Below, one piece after another: positions 21,089-31,102 of a DNA stretch of 64,000 nt. The DNA lies in the sequence record NC_047767.1. One strand, written 5' to 3'. The translations under genes were made by a program, and so were the position numbers. How positions within the stretch are numbered: position 1 is the stretch's first letter; every line of letters begins with the position of its first letter. This DNA is from Staphylococcus phage vB_SscM-1. The notes beneath the pieces are model-generated. The model was not told the origin of the DNA. It searched no databases and worked only from the letters and a program-made list of their open reading frames with translations.

Positions 21089-22819
21089 ATGAGTTTTTCA
21101 TTTGTAAGCATAAAAGAAACTGATAGACTTAAAGATGTATACCCCAAGATAAATGCAATAGGGGAAGAGTTAAGTAAACCTAACAGTATTTATAAACAAT
21201 TAAATGATTTAAAAACTACTGTATCCAAGTATCAAACGTACAAGTTGACAACAGATACAGGACAATATACAAGTGGTCAAGTTATTAATTTAGATACAGT
21301 ACAGGGTTCTAAGACAGTATATGGTACAATCACTAATCCACCTAAAGGACTTTCAGGAGAAGGGTGGATAAGTTATAAAGAGTCAGAAGGTTCTAATACC
21401 ACTCTTGTAAACTTTTACCCGATAGATAGTGATAGTATATATACTAAAGTACGTAAATTACCTAAGCAAACACAAAACCCTAACTTATTACATGATACAA
21501 CATTCTCAGGATTACCTATGTATGGTTCTTACACATTACCCGAAGGTGTATGGTGGGATACTAATGGGGATAGAACTACAGTTAACTACCCAGACCCTAC
21601 CGTTAAATATCAAGGTATTAATACAGTAAGATTACAAGATACATCTACAACTTACCCTATGTTAAGACATAAAGGTTTAGAGGTAGGTAAAGATGTAAAT
21701 ATAGGAGATAAAGTAACACTTAGTGTGTATGTTTATACACCGGATAAGTCATTATTTAATGGGAATAACGCCTATATTACAATAACAGGATATCCCGGTG
21801 AAATAGGTTCTAGTAACACTAGCTTAGCTACAACTACTGTATATGAAAGTGATTTGGAAAATAGCCAATGGAAAAAACTAACATGTACAGCTACAGTTCC
21901 AAGTACAGTAGGGGGTTCACCTATACAATATGTTAGTGCCATGTTAAGACTAAGCTTAACTAAAGGTGGTTTTGATAATGGACTTAAAGTTTATTATGCA
22001 CTACCTAAGTTAGAAAAGGGCACGGTAGCAACACCTTATGTATCACACCCGGACGATAAGATACAGTTTAATGAGCTATGGTCAGAGTGGTCGGAACAAA
22101 AGAGTAAGTTACAATCAACTAATGATAGTGTTACGGATATACATTATGATAACTACTTTAAGTATGCATGGTGGAGAGATAAAGTAGGTACTAGAACCTT
22201 ACAAGATTTAGCCTATGAATTACCACAAGGGTTCCATACATTCTATGCACAAAGAGGTATACCAGGAATATTACCGGATGCTAGTATTAGAGGTATGATT
22301 AATGTAGACTATGATGAAGGGCATATAGATTCTAAGTATAAATTCGTTCAAATGTATTATATGGATTATTTTGGTAACTTCTATACTCAATATTACGATG
22401 CTAATAAAGGTTGGTATGAACCTATAAAAAGTATTGGTTCAAAAGAACTTTGGACTGGTACACAAGACATCGGTAGTAACCTTAACTATATATTTAATTT
22501 ACAAGATAATATAAATAATTACGATTATATAGAGATTGAATATTATACAAATAGTTCAAGCAGATTTACCGAAACTAGAAAGTTAAAAGTTTTAAGTAAT
22601 TCTGCATTAGCTATTACAACTACTAGAATGGATGCTCATGACCCTACAGGTACATCTATAAGTACATGGCAAGCAGAGTTTTCCATAGATAATAACACTC
22701 AAATAACAGCTAAATATTGTAAACGTATACTTGTTAATGCTAGTGGTAATAGTTCTGTACTTGGTCAAAATACCTCAGGATTATTTACAATAAAACGTAT
22801 CGTAGGGATTAAGGAATAG
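21089..22819 (+). CDS. receptor-binding / tail fibre protein 1 (576 aa)
   Basis: Its N-terminus (…DVYPKINAIGEELSKPNSIYKQLNDLKT…) is paralogous to the N-terminus of the 23182 gene. Its C-terminus ends …IVGIKE, like its paralogue. This is the position of the receptor-binding protein genes in Twort-like phages. Confidence 0.75.
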   Translation: MSFSFVSIKETDRLKDVYPKINAIGEELSKPNSIYKQLNDLKTTVSKYQTYKLTTDTGQYTSGQVINLDTVQGSKTVYGTITNPPKGLSGEGWISYKESEGSNTTLVNFYPIDSDSIYTKVRKLPKQTQNPNLLHDTTFSGLPMYGSYTLPEGVWWDTNGDRTTVNYPDPTVKYQGINTVRLQDTSTTYPMLRHKGLEVGKDVNIGDKVTLSVYVYTPDKSLFNGNNAYITITGYPGEIGSSNTSLATTTVYESDLENSQWKKLTCTATVPSTVGGSPIQYVSAMLRLSLTKGGFDNGLKVYYALPKLEKGTVATPYVSHPDDKIQFNELWSEWSEQKSKLQSTNDSVTDIHYDNYFKYAWWRDKVGTRTLQDLAYELPQGFHTFYAQRGIPGILPDASIRGMINVDYDEGHIDSKYKFVQMYYMDYFGNFYTQYYDANKGWYEPIKSIGSKELWTGTQDIGSNLNYIFNLQDNINNYDYIEIEYYTNSSSRFTETRKLKVLSNSALAITTTRMDAHDPTGTSISTWQAEFSIDNNTQITAKYCKRILVNASGNSSVLGQNTSGLFTIKRIVGIKE

Positions 22820-22831
22820 GAGGATAATAAA

Positions 22832-23179
22832 TTGAAATATATAAATGTAAAACAAGATGGTTACCTAGGTATAAACATTAATAATGATACTAGAGTAATA
22901 AATGGTTATGTGTTATCCGGTGGGGTAGGAGAGCAAGATATTATTATCCATGAGAGCGTATTACCTTATAATTTCTATGACGAGTTTATTGTAGGTAAAT
23001 TTAAGTATTATAGAGAGACGGGTGAAGTTATAGAGGACTATAACTTCGTACCTCCTAACTACGATATACAAGAACCTATACCGGAACAAGAAACAGTATC
23101 TAAAGAAGAATTTGATAGTTTAAAAAATGAATTAGATGAAATGAGAAAACTATTAGAGAAATTATTAGGAGGTAAATAA
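22832..23179 (+). CDS. small protein between the two receptor-binding protein genes; possible fibre assembly factor
   Basis: TTG start lies 7 nt after GGAGGA. 115 aa with an acidic coiled-coil C-terminus. Confidence 0.55.
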   Translation: MKYINVKQDGYLGININNDTRVINGYVLSGGVGEQDIIIHESVLPYNFYDEFIVGKFKYYRETGEVIEDYNFVPPNYDIQEPIPEQETVSKEEFDSLKNELDEMRKLLEKLLGGK

Positions 23180-23181
23180 TA

Positions 23182-24534
23182 ATGGCTCTTGACAACTTTA
23201 ATGAATTAACTAAAAATAATAATGTTAAAGACATGACAGATGCAATTAATAGTATAGGTTTGGAACTATCTAAACCTAGAAATGTATTTGAATTAGTATC
23301 TGATTTACAAGTACAAGTTAAAAATACACAACTAAAAGCTATTACTACAGATAAGGGATTAAGTAAAGTACCTACAGGAACAAGAATTTTAGATGTAAAA
23401 GAGGTAGGTGTTTACTACTATAGTGCTAGTACTTTAGCTACAAAGACAGATAAACCAGAGATGAACTCTCAAGATACTGTACTAGTTGTTACACCAACAA
23501 ATGATGCATCTGTAGTAGTACAGACTATATACCCTTTAACTGTAAGTGGTAATGCTATTCAACAAGCCTATAGGGTTGTTATAGGTAATACAGCAGGAGA
23601 TTGGGTTTATCTTAAAGGTTTAGTAGGAGGAAACACAAATTCTATAAGTGGAGTAAACCTAGATACTTTCTCTACCCCTGGAGAATATTTTATTTCCGGC
23701 TCAACAGGACTACCAGAAGGAGAGACAGAAGGACTACTAAAAGTATACAGAGGTACTAATAATAAAATTGTACAAGAATTCATATCTAGCTTAACAAAAA
23801 GTAAATATTTCAAAATAACAAGCATTTCAACAGGATGGATAAAAGAATTAGAACCTAAAACTTTAAGTAAATACACATTAGGTGGAATTAACGATGAAGG
23901 TCAAGGAACTTTTGGTTTACTAATATATATAAGTGATAACAAAACATTTCAACAAGCTATAACAGACCATATAGCAAAAACAGGACAACCTACATTTACA
24001 TTTTATGTACAAGGTGGTGTTACAGGAAACCCACTAGGGGGTTTAAGTGGTAGAGGTATATTTGTATGTGAGTCTACTAGTGAAAGTGCACTAAGTAATA
24101 ACTTATATGGTGTGTACCATGTAATATCTACACTAGGTACATTAATTACCGGTTCTGTTATTGGTGGAGACTGGCGTATACCTAAGGGTTCAGATTCTAC
24201 AACTACTTTATGGACTGGTGTTAAAGAGTTCACAAGTAAAACAACGGAAACTATGAACTATAGCTCTAATGACTTTGATTACTTTAAGGTATATGTTACT
24301 ATAGGAGGAACTAATAGTAACTCTATCTATAGACAAGGGTTTGAATTTGGTAAGCATAGTGCTAACAAATATAAGGTATCAAGTGTAAATGTACCTTCAA
24401 GTGGAACTACGTTAGAGTACTTTATGTGTTCAATATCATTTAATGGTAATAAATTTACAATTGATGAATATAATACTAAAACTAATGGTAAGTGTTACGT
24501 AACGGAGATAGTAGGTATAAAGAGACCTATTTAA
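23182..24534 (+). CDS. receptor-binding protein 2 (450 aa)
   Basis: The N-terminal segment …DMTDAINSIGLELSKPRNVFELVSDLQ… parallels that of 21089. The C-terminus is …EIVGIKRPI. Confidence 0.75.
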   Translation: MALDNFNELTKNNNVKDMTDAINSIGLELSKPRNVFELVSDLQVQVKNTQLKAITTDKGLSKVPTGTRILDVKEVGVYYYSASTLATKTDKPEMNSQDTVLVVTPTNDASVVVQTIYPLTVSGNAIQQAYRVVIGNTAGDWVYLKGLVGGNTNSISGVNLDTFSTPGEYFISGSTGLPEGETEGLLKVYRGTNNKIVQEFISSLTKSKYFKITSISTGWIKELEPKTLSKYTLGGINDEGQGTFGLLIYISDNKTFQQAITDHIAKTGQPTFTFYVQGGVTGNPLGGLSGRGIFVCESTSESALSNNLYGVYHVISTLGTLITGSVIGGDWRIPKGSDSTTTLWTGVKEFTSKTTETMNYSSNDFDYFKVYVTIGGTNSNSIYRQGFEFGKHSANKYKVSSVNVPSSGTTLEYFMCSISFNGNKFTIDEYNTKTNGKCYVTEIVGIKRPI

Positions 24535-24540
24535 TTATTA

Positions 24541-24569
24541 AAGACTAGATTAATTTCTAGTCTTTTTTA
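24541..24569 (+). terminator. intrinsic terminator: 9-bp stem aagactaga/tctagtctt followed by a T6 run
   Basis: Perfect 9-bp stem with loop ttaatt, followed by TTTTTT. A near-identical copy occurs at 51549. Confidence 0.8.
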
Positions 24570-24570
24570 T

Positions 24571-24599
24571 TTGACTTAAAAGGGTAAGTGTGGTATAAT
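24571..24599 (+). promoter_or_regulatory. sigma-A-type promoter: TTGACT, 17-bp spacer, TGgTATAAT
   Basis: TTGACT at 24571-24576 and TATAAT at 24594-24599. It follows the terminator immediately. Confidence 0.7.
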
Positions 24600-24632
24600 A
24601 TAAAGAGTGTAAGAAGGGATAAGGAGAATTAC

Positions 24633-26387
24633 ATGAAATTAATAGTAAAAAACTTATACACGTACGTAAATTTTGAAGAAGGTGATTATTATTTAAAGGA
24701 TGTATTCTTAAAACGAGTACATAAGACAATAGGAGCAAGGCAAGATGGCTTTCAGTTTAGTCCTGCGTATAAAAGAGGTAGTTGGGACGGTTATGTAGAC
24801 TTTTATGATTATGAGGAAAACAAATTTCCTACAGGACTATTACCAAAAGTAACTAACCTTTTGGGTGAACTACAAACTAGATATTCTTTTCAGTATGATA
24901 TAGAGTATCAGAGAGATGAGAGTTTCTTAGCTGAGGAAGATATAGATGAAGAGATAACTTTGTTAGACAATAATGTAGGTGAGATAACTTTAAGAGGTTA
25001 TCAGTATGAAGCTGTGTATAATAGTCTAACATACTATAATGGTATAGTCCACGTAGCCACAAATGGAGGAAAAACTGAAATGGCTAGTGGTATAATAGAC
25101 CAACTTCTTCCACAATTAAGAAAAGGAGAACGTATAGCATTCTTCACAGGTTCGTCAGAAATATTTCATCAGTCAGCAGATAGACTTAAAGAAAGACTAA
25201 ACATACCTATAGGTAAAGTAGGAGCAGGACAATTTGATGTTAAACAAGTAACAGTTGTTATGGTTCCTACAATGAATGCTAGTTTAAAAGACCCTGCACA
25301 GGGTGTTAAGGTCACACCTAAGCAGAACATTAGTAAAAAGATAGCAACAGAAATATTACCTAAGTTTGAAGGAGGAGGAAGTAATCAAAAGAAATTACTT
25401 TCAATGTTAATAAAAGGATTTCAACCTAAAACTAAGGTAGACCAAAACGTTAAAGATACACTTATAAAAGTATATGAACAGAGTAATAGTGACTCAGAAG
25501 TGCTAATGAATTTAAGAGCCTTTAATGCAGACTACCAAAGTATTATAAGAGAGAAGAATACAAGTAAGTATGATAAGTATAAGAGAATGAGAGAATTTTT
25601 AGATTCTGTAACAGTGATGATAGTTGATGAAGCCCACCATTCTAAATCAGATACGTGGTATTTAAATCTTATGACTTGTGAGAACGCATTATACAGAGTA
25701 GCATTAACAGGTTCTATTGATAAGAAAGATGAAATGCTTTGGATGAGATTACAAGCCTTGTTTGGTGATGTAATAGTTAGGACAACTAACTCTTACCTTA
25801 TAGACCAAGGACATTCTGCCAGACCTACTATAAATATGATACCTATAGCACAGCCAACAGATATAGAAGATGTTAAAGAATATAGGGAAGCATATGATAA
25901 AGGTATAACAAATAATAGTTTTAGAAATAAAGTTATTGCAAAACTAGCAGAAAGATGGTATAATAATGACAAGGGTGTTTTAATCATTGTAAACTTTATC
26001 CAACATGGTGAAAATATTTCTGAACTGCTAGATGATTTAGGTGTAGAGCATTACTTTTTACACGGAGAGATAGACTCTAACACAAGGAAAGAAAAGCTTA
26101 ACGACATGAGAAGTGGTAAGCTTAAAGTTATGATTGCAACATCACTTATTGATGAAGGTGTAGATATCTCTGGTATTAATGCACTTATACTAGGAGCAAG
26201 TGGTAAATCACTAAGACAAACACTTCAACGTATTGGTCGTGCTTTACGTAAGAAGAAAGATGATAATACAACACAGATATTCGATTTTAATGATATGACA
26301 CATAGGTTCTTATTAGGTCATGCAGGAGAAAGATTAAAGATATATGATGAAGAGGAATTTGAAGTAAAATATGTAGGGAAAAAATAA
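24633..26387 (+). CDS. SF2 DNA helicase (DEAH-box)
   Basis: Walker A-like VATNGGKTEMASG and a DEAH box MIVDEAHHS. ATG at 24633 follows AAGGAGAATTAC. The tracked start at 24588 lies inside the promoter and is rejected. Confidence 0.8.
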   Translation: MKLIVKNLYTYVNFEEGDYYLKDVFLKRVHKTIGARQDGFQFSPAYKRGSWDGYVDFYDYEENKFPTGLLPKVTNLLGELQTRYSFQYDIEYQRDESFLAEEDIDEEITLLDNNVGEITLRGYQYEAVYNSLTYYNGIVHVATNGGKTEMASGIIDQLLPQLRKGERIAFFTGSSEIFHQSADRLKERLNIPIGKVGAGQFDVKQVTVVMVPTMNASLKDPAQGVKVTPKQNISKKIATEILPKFEGGGSNQKKLLSMLIKGFQPKTKVDQNVKDTLIKVYEQSNSDSEVLMNLRAFNADYQSIIREKNTSKYDKYKRMREFLDSVTVMIVDEAHHSKSDTWYLNLMTCENALYRVALTGSIDKKDEMLWMRLQALFGDVIVRTTNSYLIDQGHSARPTINMIPIAQPTDIEDVKEYREAYDKGITNNSFRNKVIAKLAERWYNNDKGVLIIVNFIQHGENISELLDDLGVEHYFLHGEIDSNTRKEKLNDMRSGKLKVMIATSLIDEGVDISGINALILGASGKSLRQTLQRIGRALRKKKDDNTTQIFDFNDMTHRFLLGHAGERLKIYDEEEFEVKYVGKK

Positions 26388-26403
26388 GAAAGGAGCTTAT
26401 AAA

Positions 26404-28026
26404 ATGGGAAGTGTTAAACTTAAAAGAAAACTACTTGACTATATTAAAGACAACGCAAAGGATAACTTATTTACAGTAGGTACGAAAAAAGAAATAGCAG
26501 AGTGCTTAGATTCAACTGTACCGACAATAAATAAACATCTTAAAACATTAGAAGAAGAGAAAGAAGTGGTAGTAGTTTCTAAACCAGGAAGAAATGGTGG
26601 GGTTATTATTACAGTACTGGATAATATCCATAACTCAGAAGAGTTTAAAGAATTCAAAAACTCTAGTGATGACATCATTACTTCTACTAAAAAATATGCA
26701 GAAGACTTAAGAGATAAACACTTCCCTACTTATAAGTATCAAAGAAAAGAAGTAAGAAGAAGAACTAAAAAAGAGATGATAGAATACAATGCTATAAAAG
26801 ATGAGAAGAGAAAAATAGTTCTTGACATGAACTTAGCATTAAGTACATCTCCTTACCCTACAAGAGAAATCTTCAATATGTCTTATGACCCAGAAGGATT
26901 TTTCAAAGCTTATATACTATGTAAGTTATATGACCAATACTGTATATCTCACATGTATGCTAAGTATACGACACATAAGCAACTAGCTAATGACTACACG
27001 TTAAAACCAGAGGAAATGACAAGACATAGTGAACTATCAAAATATTACTACCAACAATTTGTAATGTTGCTTCCTAGGAATAGTGCTAGTGAAGAATTTT
27101 TTGGTAGTAGGAACTTCAATACTTTCTATAACTTCTACATAAAAGTAAAAGATAGAAAGGATTTTAACATTTTTAAATACATACAAAACGTATTTAAGAA
27201 TGTTAGCTTCTCTTATGAGAATGGTTATTATAAAAACCCTATACCTGCACCTAACTATTTTAGTTCTGATAAATATATACAGTCTTATGAAAATTATATA
27301 CAAGGAATTAAAAAAGGTGTTAACAAAACAAACAGACACTTAGGAGCTGTAGAAGGGCTTATAAGTTCTAAAGATTACACAAACAATCCCGCATTATCTC
27401 AGCTACAACAAATGTATAGTGTAGGATTAAATAATGAAGTACATGATATAGAAGAGATGTTTAAACATGCATTAGACTTAGAAGAAGTAGAATTCGGATA
27501 TATTAGAGATGTTAAGCATTTGACATTACTAAACTTTAGTAATAAAGTAGATAAAGCTATACAGGAATTTGAAGAGCAGGATAAGGAGATTATGAATAAG
27601 TTTGTTAAACAGCTTATTATTAATGAGTATGCTCCAACATCTTTCCCTAAAACAGCTCATGTGTCTATGTTCCCAATGCAAAGACATCATATGGTATCAG
27701 AACTTAGATACCAAAATAAATCTATAAAAGATAATGCTTTAAACATAGGCTTGGTATCTACTAACCCTGATACTGAATTATTAGACAACCAAGACTTAGT
27801 AAACCTAACACAGGTTGCATATGATTATATAACAATGAGTAAATACAATTCTAATTATTATGTTATTAGGATGTTTGCAGACTTTATGGGATATGAAGTA
27901 AACTTAAAAGATGTTAAGAGAATTATTGAAAAATATTCTGTAAAAGACTTGATTCCATTAACAAAGTATGGTATGCTAGACTATGAAGAAATTAAGAGAG
28001 AGAATGAGGGAGCTAAACATGAGTAA
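26404..28026 (+). CDS. replication initiation-like protein with an N-terminal winged-helix DNA-binding domain
   Basis: The N-terminal wHTH-like segment is KKEIAECLDSTVPTINKHLKTLEEEKEVVVVSKPGRNGGVIITV. Its position between the two helicases matches the replication initiator slot of Twort-like phages. Confidence 0.65.
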   Translation: MGSVKLKRKLLDYIKDNAKDNLFTVGTKKEIAECLDSTVPTINKHLKTLEEEKEVVVVSKPGRNGGVIITVLDNIHNSEEFKEFKNSSDDIITSTKKYAEDLRDKHFPTYKYQRKEVRRRTKKEMIEYNAIKDEKRKIVLDMNLALSTSPYPTREIFNMSYDPEGFFKAYILCKLYDQYCISHMYAKYTTHKQLANDYTLKPEEMTRHSELSKYYYQQFVMLLPRNSASEEFFGSRNFNTFYNFYIKVKDRKDFNIFKYIQNVFKNVSFSYENGYYKNPIPAPNYFSSDKYIQSYENYIQGIKKGVNKTNRHLGAVEGLISSKDYTNNPALSQLQQMYSVGLNNEVHDIEEMFKHALDLEEVEFGYIRDVKHLTLLNFSNKVDKAIQEFEEQDKEIMNKFVKQLIINEYAPTSFPKTAHVSMFPMQRHHMVSELRYQNKSIKDNALNIGLVSTNPDTELLDNQDLVNLTQVAYDYITMSKYNSNYYVIRMFADFMGYEVNLKDVKRIIEKYSVKDLIPLTKYGMLDYEEIKRENEGAKHE

Positions 28027-29458
28027 AAAAATAAAAGAGGTTATTTTACACAAATCTATGAAAGACCTTAACTTTGCTAAGGATGTATTAACTAATTTAC
28101 CTGGTAAACTATTTGAAGAGAGTATAGATATGAAGTCTATATTTACTGTTTTAAAGAGAACAGCTCATACATCAAGCAGTATATCAGGAGAATCTTTAGC
28201 AGTTAAACTAGAGGACTTAATGGGTCGTAACAAGCATTCAGAGGATGAAATAACGAACGCTTTAGCATATATGGATAAATTGTACACTGTACAAATAGAT
28301 GACCGTGATGAGTCTCTAAACAGTGAAATAGAGAAGTATGTAAAGACAGAAATGTCTAAAGATATCTTAACAAAGTTTATCATAGAAAATAAACAAGAAG
28401 ACTCTGAGAACTTAACAGAGCTTGTAACAAAGTTAAAAGAAATTGAAGTAAAAGATATTTCAGGTACATCCGGAGAATTCATTGATTTCTTTGAAGATGG
28501 TCATAAGAAATTAGAAGCCTTAAAACATATTGCATCTAACAAGTTCTCTACAGGCTTCGATGCTATAGATAGACAAATTGAAGGCGGTATTGCTAGAGGA
28601 GAAGTTGGGCTAGTTATTGCACCTACCGGAAGAGGTAAGTCTTTAATGGCTTCTAACTTAGCAAAGAACTACGTAAGAAGTGGACTTAATGTTTTATACA
28701 TTGGTTTAGAGGAAAAAATGGATAGAATGGTTCTTAGAGCAGAGCAACAAATGTTAGGTGTAGACAAGAGTATGTTAATGAATGAAGACATGACTCTTAA
28801 TGAAGAAGTATTTAATGCCTTACAAAGTAAGTATGAACAGAATAGAGAGGTATTAGGAAACTTTTATATCTCTAAACATATGCCACAACAAGTATCTCCT
28901 AACCAGTTAGAGCAGATAATTCTTAATACTTCTATTAAAAAAGATAAACATATAGATGTAGTAATTGTTGACTACCCTAAATTAATGAGAAACCCTTATG
29001 AAAAATACAGTTCTGAATCAGAAGCTGGAGGTAGACTATTCGAGGATATCCGAAGATTAGCTCAGCAATATGGGTTTGTATGTTGGACTCTAGCACAAAC
29101 AAACCGTGGAGCTTACAGTTCAGATGTTATTACAAGTGAGCACGTTGAGGGTTCAAGAAAAATACTTAACGCAGTTGAGGTTTCTCTTGTAGTTAACCAA
29201 AAAGATGAAGAGTTTAAAAATGGTTTCTTAAGACTTTATTTAGATAAAGTACGTAACAGTTCTAACACAGGAGAAAGATTTGTAAACCTTAAAGTAGAAC
29301 CTTCTAAGATGAGAGTTAGAGACGAGACACCAGAAGAAGAACAAGAACATAAACAGATACTTTCTGATAATGGTTCAGAAGATACAAGTAGATTTACAAA
29401 GAAGGAACAAAAGATTGAAGCAGTCAATAGTTCTTTCGGAGGAGAATTAATAGAATAA
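28019..29458 (+). CDS. DnaB-like replicative helicase (RecA-fold C-terminal domain)
   Basis: Walker A is GLVIAPTGRGKSLMASNLA and Walker B is HIDVVIVDYPKLM. ATG at 28019 follows GAGGGAG. The tracked start at 27983 overlaps the previous gene. Confidence 0.8.
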   Translation: MSKKIKEVILHKSMKDLNFAKDVLTNLPGKLFEESIDMKSIFTVLKRTAHTSSSISGESLAVKLEDLMGRNKHSEDEITNALAYMDKLYTVQIDDRDESLNSEIEKYVKTEMSKDILTKFIIENKQEDSENLTELVTKLKEIEVKDISGTSGEFIDFFEDGHKKLEALKHIASNKFSTGFDAIDRQIEGGIARGEVGLVIAPTGRGKSLMASNLAKNYVRSGLNVLYIGLEEKMDRMVLRAEQQMLGVDKSMLMNEDMTLNEEVFNALQSKYEQNREVLGNFYISKHMPQQVSPNQLEQIILNTSIKKDKHIDVVIVDYPKLMRNPYEKYSSESEAGGRLFEDIRRLAQQYGFVCWTLAQTNRGAYSSDVITSEHVEGSRKILNAVEVSLVVNQKDEEFKNGFLRLYLDKVRNSSNTGERFVNLKVEPSKMRVRDETPEEEQEHKQILSDNGSEDTSRFTKKEQKIEAVNSSFGGELIE

Positions 29459-29473
29459 ATTTAAACATACCAC

Positions 29474-29502
29474 TTGACATTTTATATGTTAGGTGGTATA
29501 AT
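29474..29502 (+). promoter_or_regulatory. sigma-A-type promoter: TTGACA, 17-bp spacer, TGgTATAAT
   Basis: TTGACA at 29474-29479 and TATAAT at 29497-29502 with TG at -15/-14. Confidence 0.7.
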
Positions 29503-29532
29503 TGTTTTATAAACAATAAAGGAGAGGTTATT

Positions 29533-29715
29533 ATGGAAATAGAATTTGATTATGAGGAGTTAGTCATTAACTATATCAATGAAAAAGGAGAAGTAGTTGA
29601 TTGTGTAGAGTACTATGAAACTTTCGAGGACTTACCAGATATACTAACTAGATTAGCAAAAGATGCTAGTGAAGGCAAAAAACTAAAAATTACAGTAAAG
29701 GGAGGAAGAAAATAA
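29533..29715 (+). CDS. small acidic protein (60 aa)
   Basis: RBS AAAGGAGAGG. The stop overlaps the sbcD start (ATAATGA). Confidence 0.6.
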   Translation: MEIEFDYEELVINYINEKGEVVDCVEYYETFEDLPDILTRLAKDASEGKKLKITVKGGRK

Positions 29716-30734
29716 TGAAATTTTTATTCTTTACAGACAGTCATTTTCATTTATTTACAAATTATGCAAAACCAGATGAGCAGTATGAAAATGATAGATT
29801 TAGAGAACAGATAGAAGCATTACAAAAAGTGTTTGACATTGCTAAAGAAGAAAAAGCAACAGTTATATTTGGAGGGGATTTATTCCATAAACGTAACGCA
29901 GTAAACACTAAAGTATATAATTCAGTATTTAGTACTTTTGCTAAAAACCAAGATGTACAAGTATTACTACTTAGAGGTAATCATGATGCAACAACAAATT
30001 CATTATATACCGATTCTAGTATTGATACTTTTGATTATTTACCTAATGTTGATGTAATCAAATCACTCAGCACTGTAACTAAAGATAATGTTAATATTGT
30101 ATTCACTGCTTATGGAGATGAAACAAAGGAAATAAAAAGTTATATCAAGAACAGTTATGACAAAGATATGGTGAATATTCTAGTAAGTCATCTAGGTGTA
30201 GAGGGTTCATTAGTAGGTAAAGGTTCACATAGGTTGGAGGGTGCTTTTGGATACCAAGACTTACAACCAGATTTATATGATTTCATTCTATTAGGTCACT
30301 ATCACCGTAGACAATATTTCAGTAACCCTAATCATTTATATGGAGGGTCTTTAATGCAACAATCATTTTCTGATGAACAAGAGGCTAATGGTGTACATTT
30401 AATTGATACAGGAAAAATGACTACAGAATTTATTCCTATTGAAACAAGAAAGTTTATTACAGTACAAGGAGATAATATTCCTGAGAATATAGATGAGTTA
30501 GTAGAGCAAGGACATTTCATTAGATTTATAGGTACACCAGAACAAGCTAAGGCATTAGAATTAGATGAAGTAGAGTCAAATGTACAAGTACAAATGAAAA
30601 AGAAATATACAGTAGAGAAACGTATAGACTCGGAGGTCACAGATGACCCTGTAACGATTGCTTCTAGCTACGCTGATAAATACTACCCAGAAGCTAAAGA
30701 TAAGATTGTAGAGTGTCTTAAGGAGGTTTTATAA
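29715..30734 (+). CDS. sbcD: SbcD/Mre11-like recombination exonuclease (calcineurin-fold)
   Basis: Phosphoesterase motifs FTDSHFH, GGDLFH, RGNHD and LGHYHRRQ. Confidence 0.85.
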   Translation: MKFLFFTDSHFHLFTNYAKPDEQYENDRFREQIEALQKVFDIAKEEKATVIFGGDLFHKRNAVNTKVYNSVFSTFAKNQDVQVLLLRGNHDATTNSLYTDSSIDTFDYLPNVDVIKSLSTVTKDNVNIVFTAYGDETKEIKSYIKNSYDKDMVNILVSHLGVEGSLVGKGSHRLEGAFGYQDLQPDLYDFILLGHYHRRQYFSNPNHLYGGSLMQQSFSDEQEANGVHLIDTGKMTTEFIPIETRKFITVQGDNIPENIDELVEQGHFIRFIGTPEQAKALELDEVESNVQVQMKKKYTVEKRIDSEVTDDPVTIASSYADKYYPEAKDKIVECLKEVL

Positions 30735-31102
30735 TGACTTGGTATGATAAATTTAAAGACAATGTAGATACAAGTAAATTAGATGTAGATAGATTAACCG
30801 AAGATTTAGTTAAGTATGTTGAGAACACAAGACCTAAAATAAGAAAATTAGACATTTCAAATGTAGAAGATACTAACCTAGACAAACGTAAACCTTTACT
30901 ACAATTTGTAGATTATGATAATGTAGTAGAGAACATATGTAATGTAAAAGATATTAATGAAGGGCTAGAAAAGATAAGTCAGATACTAAAAGATAGTAAC
31001 TATGAGAGTCATTATTTTAGAACATATGAAATAGAGGGCATGTGGCATATAGATTATGGTTCACATACTACACAATTTAGAGTTACGAAAGGGGATAACT
31101 AA
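30734..31102 (+). CDS. hypothetical protein between sbcD and sbcC
   Basis: 122 aa. Both ends overlap neighbouring genes (ATAATGA and TAATGG), indicating translational coupling. Confidence 0.65.
   Translation: MTWYDKFKDNVDTSKLDVDRLTEDLVKYVENTRPKIRKLDISNVEDTNLDKRKPLLQFVDYDNVVENICNVKDINEGLEKISQILKDSNYESHYFRTYEIEGMWHIDYGSHTTQFRVTKGDN

Noticed and set aside
24588-24632. The upstream ATG at 24588 as the helicase start
   Set aside because: It lies within the -10 and spacer of the promoter, so it would not be transcribed. ATG 24633 has the RBS AAGGAGAATTAC.
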